Shown one piece after another: positions 45,776 through 54,900 of a stretch of 64,000 bases of DNA. Numbering within the stretch: position 1 is the stretch's first letter; the number at the start of each line of letters is the position of its first letter. The DNA comes from an uncultured Bacteroidota bacterium. Lineage in GTDB: Bacteria > Bacteroidota > Bacteroidia > UKL13-3. The notes beneath the pieces are model-generated. The model saw nothing but the letters and a program-made list of their open reading frames with translations. It was not told where the DNA came from and ran no database searches. The position numbers were made by a program, and so were the translations under genes. Where the stretch lies: contig CAIUDH010000076.1 of the NCBI GenBank assembly GCA_903897855.1, positions 97,643 through 161,642 of the forward strand, given 5' to 3'.

Positions 45776-48661
45776 TTACTTCTCAATAAACTCAACAGCC
45801 TTTTCTTCGGTTGCCTTTCCTTGCACAATTCGAAGAATGTAGGTGCCTTTGGAGAGATAGACCTTGCCGTTTTCTGCGGGTTTGGGAGCGACCCATCCTG
45901 ATTTACTTTTTATAAAAGAAGATTTTTGTATGGTATAATCATATTCTAAACTATTTAATCCAGCATGCGCTGTATCATGAATTACTTGCAACACCGTCTT
46001 TTTTGACGAATCCAACAACTCGATCATAACACTCCCTGCTTGCTTGGCATAATAATTTATTTCCACCATAGGGGTCTTTTTACTGGCATCATATTCAGTG
46101 TTTAACTTTCCTAACATTCGAGGTAGTTTATATTTTGCGTTCGTGAAAAGTTTCAGCGCTGTATTCAACACTTTTTCATCGAGCTGTTTAATCAGGCTTA
46201 TGTCGACAGTATAAATACTGCGACCATGTGTGCCAACCACCAATTCGTTTTCACGTTTCTGTATTACCATATCATGCACTGGTACATTAGGCATTCCATG
46301 ACTCCAGCGCATCCAGGTATTCCCTTGATTGAGGCTTACATAAACCCCATCATCCGTTCCCAGGTATAAAATATTTTCGTTGTCATTGTCTTCTCTAATC
46401 ACATTAATAGGTTGGTTCGGTAAATTATTACCTATGTTTTTCCATGTAACACCATAATCGTTACTCACAAAAATATACGCCTTAAAATTATCGTTTCTAT
46501 AACCATTTAGGGTGATATACACTCTGCCTAATTTATGGCTTGAGGCAATCACTCTACTCACCCATAATTTTCGTGGAATATTTAATTGCGAACAGATCGA
46601 CGTTCCTATTTCGGACCAAATTACTCCACCTGTTTGTGTTACAAATACTTTTCCATCGTCGCTACCGGTATAAATTAATCCGAACTGTAATGACGATTCA
46701 TCAATACTGGTGAGGGTTCCAAAGGCTATATCGCCTTCTTGTTTACCGCCTGTTAAATCGCCGCTGATGGTTTGCCAGGTTTCCCCTTGATCCAAGCTTC
46801 GATGCAGCTTGTTACTCCCCCAATACAATATATCCTGACTGCTTTTTGAAATTAATAGTGGCGTATTCCAATTCCAACGAAGTTTTTCTTCTCCAATATT
46901 CTCCTCAACATGCAACGCCCTTGTTTTGCCCGTTGCCTTATTGATTCTAAAATAGTTGCCAAACTGGTAACCAGTATAAACGGTATTATTATCTCTGTTG
47001 TCAATCTGTACCTGCATGCCATCACCTCCAATGAGTGCTTTAAAATTATAGTCACCCTCTTGGTGCCATGCTACACTTTCGTCGCCTCTATGTGTGCCTG
47101 CCCATACATTATTATCCTGTAACCCGGCATAAACATTATACTCTTCAGCATAGTCGACATTCACACTATAACATTGTGCCACAGGAATACTATTGCATTT
47201 TATCCAATGTTCGCCTTCATCGTAACTAATATTAACGCCCCCATCATTACCACAAATCAGATGTTTTGTGTTGTTCGGGTCAATCCATAAAACATGGTAG
47301 TCGCCATGTACATTTTCGCCATCAATACTTGTCCAGGTGGTACCCGCATCAGCGCTTTTAAGCAAGGGAACTCCAAAAGTATAGACCTTTTTTTCATCTG
47401 TTGGAGATACTACAATTTGACCAAAATAATATCCATAGGTATTGTAAACATAATCCAAGTATTTGGCATTTTGCTTCTTCCAGTGAATGCCAGCGTCGAC
47501 GCTTTGATAAACTTCAGCACCGATGATAGGAGTTCTAAATAGGAGGCTATTGGCATCATCGGTATAAATAACTATATCGTGCACTGTGATTTTATTGCTA
47601 CGCACCAGTTCCTTGAGAAGGGCTGCTGTATATCTCTCTGGGAACTCCCTGTCAATTAAATAGTCATTCAGTTTTTTATCCTCCAACTTTAAGAACTCCT
47701 CCTTCGATAATTTGTTGAGCTGATCTGCTGTGAGGTTTTTTTCGTTTAACGTGATAGTGTCGGCACGGTGATTTTGATTATCGACCACACCATAAAGTAT
47801 AGAGGGATCCTTTACCGATACAGCAATTCCACTTCGGCCAAAACCTTCACCGTCGGGCAATCCGCTGGCAGCCGTCGAAATTTTCGTCCAAGAGTCGCCA
47901 CCATCTATGCTTTTATAGATACCACTTGATTTGCCACTCTCTTCAAAATTCCAGGCACGACGAGTTCGGTACCACATATTTGCATATAAAATATTCGCAT
48001 TCGTCGGATCTATTTGCAACTGCACACAGCCTGTATTGCTATCAACAAAAAGGGTTTTTTTCCAAGTTCTACCAGCATCGTTTGTTTTGTAAATTCCGCG
48101 CTCTTCATTGGCTGAATATAAATGCCCCAATACACCCACCCATGCAATATTTGGATCGGTAGGATGCAAGATGATTTTTCCGATATGGTGACTTTCATGT
48201 AAGCCAATATTCACCCATGATTTACCACCGTCCATACTTTTAAAAACACCTAAACCACTATACGACGACCGGGAAGAGTTCACTTCTCCTGTTCCCACCC
48301 AAATTTCATTGTTGTTTAAGGAGGTCCAACGTACCGCAATGGCGCCAATAGTTAGCACTGCTTGGTTATCGAAAACGGGAATAAAAGACTGTCCGTTATT
48401 AGAAGTATACCATAACCCCCCACTGGCGAAGGCAACATAAAACTCAATGGTATGATTAGGATTAACTGCCAAATCAACTACCCGACCGCTCATAATTCGA
48501 GGTCCAATACTCTTAAATGGAATCGCATTAATTAAGGATTGCTCATCAAGAATCTTTCGCTGACTTGCCGCCAACCATCGATCGGATGCCAACGTGGTTT
48601 GAGCTTGTGCGAATGTATGAAACGAAAGCAGGAGTATGGATGCGAGGAAATATTTAATCAT
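45776..48661 (-). CDS. secreted BNR/Sortilin-VPS10-like beta-propeller repeat protein (glycosyl-hydrolase-like, function unknown)
   Basis: Signal peptide (LLLSFHTFAQA). Repeated S.D.G.(S/T)W motifs (SMDGGKSWV, TNDAGRTWK, SIDGGDSWT, SVDAGIHWK, SADAGTTWT, SLDQGETWQ, SNDYGVTWK, SLNQGNTWM). I start it at ATG 48661. Confidence 0.75.
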   Translation of the reverse strand: MIKYFLASILLLSFHTFAQAQTTLASDRWLAASQRKILDEQSLINAIPFKSIGPRIMSGRVVDLAVNPNHTIEFYVAFASGGLWYTSNNGQSFIPVFDNQAVLTIGAIAVRWTSLNNNEIWVGTGEVNSSRSSYSGLGVFKSMDGGKSWVNIGLHESHHIGKIILHPTDPNIAWVGVLGHLYSANEERGIYKTNDAGRTWKKTLFVDSNTGCVQLQIDPTNANILYANMWYRTRRAWNFEESGKSSGIYKSIDGGDSWTKISTAASGLPDGEGFGRSGIAVSVKDPSILYGVVDNQNHRADTITLNEKNLTADQLNKLSKEEFLKLEDKKLNDYLIDREFPERYTAALLKELVRSNKITVHDIVIYTDDANSLLFRTPIIGAEVYQSVDAGIHWKKQNAKYLDYVYNTYGYYFGQIVVSPTDEKKVYTFGVPLLKSADAGTTWTSIDGENVHGDYHVLWIDPNNTKHLICGNDGGVNISYDEGEHWIKCNSIPVAQCYSVNVDYAEEYNVYAGLQDNNVWAGTHRGDESVAWHQEGDYNFKALIGGDGMQVQIDNRDNNTVYTGYQFGNYFRINKATGKTRALHVEENIGEEKLRWNWNTPLLISKSSQDILYWGSNKLHRSLDQGETWQTISGDLTGGKQEGDIAFGTLTSIDESSLQFGLIYTGSDDGKVFVTQTGGVIWSEIGTSICSQLNIPRKLWVSRVIASSHKLGRVYITLNGYRNDNFKAYIFVSNDYGVTWKNIGNNLPNQPINVIREDNDNENILYLGTDDGVYVSLNQGNTWMRWSHGMPNVPVHDMVIQKRENELVVGTHGRSIYTVDISLIKQLDEKVLNTALKLFTNAKYKLPRMLGKLNTEYDASKKTPMVEINYYAKQAGSVMIELLDSSKKTVLQVIHDTAHAGLNSLEYDYTIQKSSFIKSKSGWVAPKPAENGKVYLSKGTYILRIVQGKATEEKAVEFIEK

Positions 48662-48720
48662 TATAATGCAAAGCAAAGCAAAAAGATAACACTATCCAAA
48701 AAATAAAGAGACCGCTCAAC

Positions 48721-50976
48721 TTAAGCATTCACCCGCTTTACATTGTCGAGGCCAGTAACATTTTTGAGTTTTTCCATCAGGCCTTCCAAGTGAGAAACAT
48801 CGGTAATATATAGATTTATTTTCCCTTCGAATACACCATCTTTACTATCGAAAGAGATAGACTGCATATTCACTTTTAATTCTTTGCTAATCACGTTTGT
48901 CAAGCGGCTTACCAAGCCTACGCTATCGATACCAGAAACAGAAATACTCGCTAAAAAATCTTTCTTGGCCTCATCAGAAGCCCATCGGGCTTTCATTACG
49001 CGATAGCCATACTGACTAAAGAGAGAAGTGGCATTGGGGCAATCGGTACGATGAATTTTTATTCCTTCTCCTATGGTTACGAAACCAAAAACATTATCAC
49101 CAGGAATCGGGGTGCAGCATTTTGCAAAAGTATAATCAAGGGCTAAATCTTCCCCTAAGATGATCGTGTCTTTATTATTCACTTTAGTACGCGAATAATC
49201 TTGTTGAATTTTTACTTTAGAATCGTCGTTGGTTTTGGCATCAATTTTACGTTTATAAATTTCTTCTTGAATTTTTTTCAAGTCGAGCTTCTCTTTCGCA
49301 ATTTTACCTGTAGCAATATCATAGTAGAGGTCGAGTGTACTATGCAATCTGAAAAAAGTAACCAACTCGTCTAGTTTCTGTGCTTTGAAAGGGATATCAG
49401 CAGAGGAGAATTTTTTCTGTAGGATTTCCTTCCCAATATCGGCGACTACTTTTTTCTCTTCACGCAAGGCCTCACGAATTCTTTGCCGTGCTTTACTTGT
49501 AACCACAAAACGCAACCAATCTTCATTCGGGCGTTGGGTTTGCGAAGTGATGATTTCTACTCTGTCGCCACTTTTTAGTTTATGACTCAGCGGTAACATA
49601 CGGCCATTCACTTTTGCACCCAGGCATTTGCTTCCCACGTCGGTATGTATTTCAAAGGCATAGTCGAGTGCGGTAGCCCCCAGAGGCAACTTTTTTAAAT
49701 CACCCTTTGGAGTAAATACGAATATTTCTTCTGTATAGAGATGAAGTCTGAAATCTTCTAAGAATTCGAGTGCTGTTCCTTTAGAGCCTTCTAACCCATC
49801 GCGTACTTTTTTCAACCATTCGTCGATTGATGAATCTTTAATGTCTTGTTTTTGTTTATCGGCAGGCAACTCTGTTCCTTCCTTGTATTTCCAGTGTGCA
49901 GCATATCCTTTCTCGGCAATTTCATCCATACGAACACTTCGAATTTGCACCTCAACATATCTGCCATTAGGCCCAACAAAGGTATTATGAATTGACTCGT
50001 ACCCATTTTCTTTGGGGTTTGAAATCCAGTCTTTAAAACGATTCGGAACAGGCGTATATATTTCTGTGATGCCACCATATACAAGCCAGCAATCATTTTT
50101 TTCTGTTTCAGGGGGTGAATCTAAAATAATACGTATGGCGAAAATATCATAGAGGTCTTCAAACTCCATCGAATTTTTCTCCATCTTATTATAGATTGAG
50201 GAGATCGATTTTGCACGCCCTTTAATTTCAAATTTAATTCCGGCCCCTTCTAGCTTTTTCTCGAGTGGCGCAATAAACTGGTTGATATAGCGACTGCGTT
50301 GTGTTTTCGTTGCCTGTAATTTCTCTGCTAGGTTTCGGTATTCAACAGGATGAAGGTATCGTAGAGCAAGGTCTTCGAGTTCGGTTTTGATGTTATATAA
50401 TCCCAAACGATGCGCCAGCGGAGCAAAAATATATTGTGTTTCTGAAGAAATCTTCAATTGCGTATTCGAACTCATACTTTCGAGTGTACGCATGTTATGA
50501 AGTCGATCGGCAAGCTTTATTAAAATTACACGTATATCATCATTCAGAGTGAGGAGCATTTTCTTGAAATTCTCTGCCTGAATGCTTCCGTGCTGATCGA
50601 CCAAGTTTGAAATCTTGGTAAGTCCATCGATAATTTTAGCCGTTTGATCATCGAAGTTTTGTTTAATAAAGTCGAGTGATACTTCTGTGTCTTCTACCAC
50701 ATCGTGCATCAAAGCACACGCGATACTTGTAGCACCCAGGCCAATATCTTCGGCCACAATTTGAGCTACCGCGAGTGGATGAAAGATATAGGGTTCACCA
50801 CTTTTACGACGGACATCTTTATGGGCATTTACAGCAATATTAAACGCTTTACTTATTCTGTCTCTGTCGGCTTTGCTTAAATTGTTTTTATTGGCAGTAC
50901 GTAGTAATGTCCTGTAACGCCTAATGAGTTCTTGTTTTTCTTGCTCGGCACTCTCTGTTATGGGTAATTGAGGCAT
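48721..50976 (-). CDS. bifunctional (p)ppGpp synthetase/hydrolase, RelA/SpoT family
   Basis: HD hydrolase (HPLAVAQIV...HDVVEDT), a synthetase domain (...YESIHNTF...VEVQIRS), TGS (IFVFTPKGD...LGATALDYAFEIH) and a C-terminal ACT. Confidence 0.9.
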   Translation of the reverse strand: MPQLPITESAEQEKQELIRRYRTLLRTANKNNLSKADRDRISKAFNIAVNAHKDVRRKSGEPYIFHPLAVAQIVAEDIGLGATSIACALMHDVVEDTEVSLDFIKQNFDDQTAKIIDGLTKISNLVDQHGSIQAENFKKMLLTLNDDIRVILIKLADRLHNMRTLESMSSNTQLKISSETQYIFAPLAHRLGLYNIKTELEDLALRYLHPVEYRNLAEKLQATKTQRSRYINQFIAPLEKKLEGAGIKFEIKGRAKSISSIYNKMEKNSMEFEDLYDIFAIRIILDSPPETEKNDCWLVYGGITEIYTPVPNRFKDWISNPKENGYESIHNTFVGPNGRYVEVQIRSVRMDEIAEKGYAAHWKYKEGTELPADKQKQDIKDSSIDEWLKKVRDGLEGSKGTALEFLEDFRLHLYTEEIFVFTPKGDLKKLPLGATALDYAFEIHTDVGSKCLGAKVNGRMLPLSHKLKSGDRVEIITSQTQRPNEDWLRFVVTSKARQRIREALREEKKVVADIGKEILQKKFSSADIPFKAQKLDELVTFFRLHSTLDLYYDIATGKIAKEKLDLKKIQEEIYKRKIDAKTNDDSKVKIQQDYSRTKVNNKDTIILGEDLALDYTFAKCCTPIPGDNVFGFVTIGEGIKIHRTDCPNATSLFSQYGYRVMKARWASDEAKKDFLASISVSGIDSVGLVSRLTNVISKELKVNMQSISFDSKDGVFEGKINLYITDVSHLEGLMEKLKNVTGLDNVKRVNA

Positions 50977-51204
50977 CTAAATTTTTTATGAATTAGCTAG
51001 ATTTCAATGGCAATATAGACAAAATTAATTTACTCTCGTTTTGGGTTTTTAGTTACCCTTTAAAGCGACGGCTTTCTTGAGCAGCGAAACTTCCGACTGA
51101 GGCAGGAAGTAACACAACAACCATTTCATGAACCATTTTTAGCATCAAATGACCCCCCAAGGACGAAAAACAGACTCGATTTCCTTATTTAGAATTATTT
51201 TAAT

Positions 51205-51212
51205 TAACTTTG
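51205..51212 (+). promoter_or_regulatory. candidate -7 box TAACTTTG upstream of the nfu-like gene
   Basis: It lies 22 nt before ATG 51235. Confidence 0.35.
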
Positions 51213-51234
51213 CCAACAACTTATTTAAAGCACC

Positions 51235-51813
51235 ATGGAAACCCTTGATTTAAAAAATATGATTACCGTGTATAGTGAAGCTACACCAAACCCAGAAACA
51301 ATGAAGTTTGTGTTGAACCGGCTCCTATTACCCAATGATACCGCCGACTTTCCTGATGTGGACTCGGCCTCCGACTCACCCTTGGCGTCCGAATTGTTCA
51401 ATACTTTCGACTATGTACGTGGGGTATTTGTCATGAACAATTTTGTGACCGTGACAAAATCTGAAGCAACTGACTGGTACGACATTATTCCTACCATGAA
51501 AGAATTCATTAAAACATATGTAGAGCAGGACAAGCCAATTATCAATGCCCGCACACCAGGCCTTTCTGACGATGAAGATGATGAAGTGGTAAAAAAAATC
51601 AAAGAATTGCTTGACACCCATGTGAAGCCTGCCGTTGAGATGGATGGGGGTGCAATCACCTTTAAATCATTTGATCAAGGGGTGGTAACCTTAAGCTTAA
51701 AAGGCTCTTGCAGTGGCTGTCCATCATCCACGGTAACCTTAAAAGCAGGGATCGAAGGATTACTAAAAAGAATGGTTCCTGAGGTGAGTGAAGTCATTGC
51801 AGACGCAGATTAG
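51235..51813 (+). CDS. NifU/Nfu-type Fe-S cluster assembly protein (Nfu_N + NifU C-terminal domain)
   Basis: EATPNPETMKF (Nfu_N) and HVKPAVEMDGGAITF...LKGSCSGCPSSTVTLK (CxxC). Confidence 0.85.
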   Translation: METLDLKNMITVYSEATPNPETMKFVLNRLLLPNDTADFPDVDSASDSPLASELFNTFDYVRGVFVMNNFVTVTKSEATDWYDIIPTMKEFIKTYVEQDKPIINARTPGLSDDEDDEVVKKIKELLDTHVKPAVEMDGGAITFKSFDQGVVTLSLKGSCSGCPSSTVTLKAGIEGLLKRMVPEVSEVIADAD

Positions 51814-51841
51814 GCCCACATTTTAAATCTAAATATTTAAT

Positions 51842-51876
51842 TGCCATCTTGGAAAAACCAAGGTGGCATTTTTTTG
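51842..51876 (+). terminator. intrinsic terminator after the nfu-like gene
   Basis: TGCCATCTTGG-N5-CCAAGGTGGCA (11-bp stem with one G-U pair) followed by TTTTTTTGTTT. Confidence 0.6.
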
Positions 51877-51953
51877 TTTCTTCTTTTTATAAATGAATTT
51901 CAAGACCTTAGAGCCTTAAGTGATTTGTTAAATTATGATATTAAATAATTTAA

Positions 51954-51961
51954 TACATTTG
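51954..51961 (+). promoter_or_regulatory. candidate -7 box TACATTTG upstream of the 1835-aa gene
   Basis: It lies 36 nt before ATG 51998. Confidence 0.3.
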
Positions 51962-51997
51962 CTATGAAAAAACAAATCGCTTAAAAAAAATCTAAGA

Positions 51998-54900
51998 ATG
52001 AAAAGAGCCTTACTTCTGTATACCCTTTGTGTTTTATTTTTCTGCGCCAATAGCCAACAGACCTCTACAAGAGGCAAAGAGTTTTGGATGACCTTCATGG
52101 AAAATAATCCTACCAATAGTATTGTTCTATCACTGCATTTTAGTGCGTTCCAAAACTCAGTTGTCACCATTACAAATCCAAATACATCCTATTCTCAAAC
52201 CCTTACTGTTAATGCGAATACTTTAGTTTCCTTGGTGGTTCCAAATACCGAATGCTATAATACTGGCTCTGGTGCGATTGCCAATAAAGTATTAAAAATT
52301 ACTGCCACTACCGAAATCACGATGTATGCTTTGGATTATAGCATGTATACCACTGATGGGACCGTGATTTTACCTGTTCAAGCCTTGGGTGTTAACTACA
52401 GGATAATTTCCTACCAAGGACTCATTGGTTATCCTTCTGAATTTTGCCTAGTAGCCACAAAAGACACAACCATTATTAAAATTACTCCTAGCTGTAATAC
52501 TTTAGATAATAAAATAAAAGGCGTTCCCTATTATATTACACTCAATAAAGGACAATCATATCAGGTACAATCAAAAGTTGATTCCTCCTTAACCGGATCT
52601 CTTGTAGAAGTTCAAAACTGTAAGCCTATAGCCGTTTATGGGGGCAGTGTTTGTAGCAACGTTCCTGGCGGAAATACCTGTCCTTATTGCGACCATTTGT
52701 ATGAACAATTATATCCTATCAATATGTGGGGAAAGGAATATATTTTAGTGCCTACTGCAACACGCACCAAAGATCGTTTTGTGATTTTAGCCGATCAGAA
52801 TGCCACCCAGCTCACTATTAACGGAGTGCCTATAACCATTGCTTTAGCCGGTGGAACTTATGAAGCTGACATCAACTCACCCCAATATATTCAATCGTCA
52901 AAACCAGTATGTGTTGCTCTGTATGCCGAAGGGCAGTTGTGCGCAGGGGGCTTTGGCGACCCGATGATGATGTGGGTAAGTCCTTTAGAGCAAGGTATCG
53001 ACAGCATTATTTTTGTTGCCCAAAACTCTGCGGTTATTGACAGTCATTATGTAAATATTGTTGCTAAAACTTCCACTTTAGCATCGGTTAAACTAAATGG
53101 GGTAAGTATAGGAGCCATATTCTCGCCGGTGGCACCCAATACGGCGTATTCTTATATCAAGAAACATATCTCCTCCGGCACCAACACTATTACCTCCGAT
53201 TCGGGTTTTACTGCCTATGCTTATGGTTATGGAAATTTTGAATCCTATGGTTATAATGTAGGCTCTTCGATCCATGATTTAAATCGCTTCTTTACCGTGA
53301 ATGGCTATAACAGTGATAATTATAGTACGGCCTCAGCACCTTTGAAATTATGTAAAAACTCAGCCGTAGTATTAAGTGGTAATTCGGGAAGTTATGTGCC
53401 TCTATTCTGGCATTGGAAATTTAATAATGACACCACTAGCGGACAAAATGTGATAAAGTCATTCCCCGATACCGGGCTAGTTCACGTTTTAATGATAACG
53501 AGTTGGGTGGGTACCAACTTATGCTCTCCGAACGACACCACCCTGGATACTGTATCGATGTATATCAGAATTATTGGACCTCAGGTGAATATTATTACCC
53601 CAGACACCGCCGTATGTCGGGGCAGTTCTTTTCAGGTGAGAATATCTTTCTTCGGCGATTCGACAGTGACTTGGAGTGCGAATTCTGATTTAAGTTGTAC
53701 CCAATGTGTAAACCCTGTGATTACACCGAGCTCGAGTGGATGGTATAAGGTTACCACCGTGGGAAATTTACTCGGCTGCGTTGCATCCGACTCCATCTTT
53801 GTGCATATTATCGATAGCATTCAATTTGTAATTTCAGGTGATACCCTCATTTGTGCTGGGCAGAAGGCCCAAATAAAAGCAACTTTGCTCAATAAGGATA
53901 CTAGCACACATTATATCTACAAATTATATAGCAATTCTGTTTTTATTCGACAGGATACCTCCGCTATTTTCACGGAGACGCTCGACACCACAAAAACATT
54001 TGTGATTAAAGTGAATAATGGCTGCTCAGATGCCATCTCCACTCCAATGACGGTCTTCGTAAGAACACCCCTTCATGTGCAATTCACAGATTCTTTTTTA
54101 ATATGCCGCAATAATAACAACAGTTTCACCTTTAGTGCGAGCGGGGGCGATAGTTCTTATACCATTTTTCTGCTTGAAAATAACACCATTATTGATTCGA
54201 TTAATAATGCCACCCCAAGCATCAATTATAGTTTCACATTTACACCCAATCCTATTTATGCTTATCGGATTTTATTAACCGATGGATGTACTAAACTAGG
54301 CGACACTGCTACGATCCATTTCAGATATCGATTACCGCTCAGTTTCACACATACCAACGACACTCTAATTTGTGTAAATCAGATGCAACTTCAGGTCACT
54401 CCTTGGGGTGGCGACAGCACCTATACTTTCTATTTATTGAAGAATAATCTCGTGATCGATTCCATATTCAATGCAACGATAGGCAACACTAATTTCTTCA
54501 CGATCTCTCCCTTGACTAGCACCCTATATAAAATCGTGCTAAAAGACGGATGCACGATAGTCCATGACACTCAAGCGGTATCAATTTTAGTAAGAAATCC
54601 ATTGAGTCTTATCATTTCCCACCCTCCGATGATTTGCCGTGGTCAATTTCTAAATATGAATGTTACCGCTGCCGGTGGCGACAGCACTTATGATATCTAT
54701 TTGTTGAATAATAACATCGTGATTGATAGCGTAAAAAATGCCACCCCAACAACGAGCTATAATTTTACCCAACAACCTACACCAACTGCGAACTATAGAA
54801 TAGTTTTAAAGGATGGTTGCACCTTACTTCATGACACACAATCGGTTCCTTTTAGTTTCAGAGCTCCACTGACTTTTACGCATTCGCCCGATTCCATCAT

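Noticed and set aside
50977-51234. 258-nt spacer between relA/spoT and nfu containing a short hairpin (CTTCC-N10-GGAAG), considered as a possible small RNA.
   Set aside because: The stem is only 5 bp, there is no terminator-like T-run, and it contains no motif I recognise. The evidence is insufficient.
51964-51984. A 6-codon uORF (MKKQIA*) between the TACATTTG box and the start of the 1835-aa gene.
   Set aside because: The ATG lies only ~3 nt after the -7 box, so it is probably upstream of or at the transcription start. It is too short and unsupported to call.
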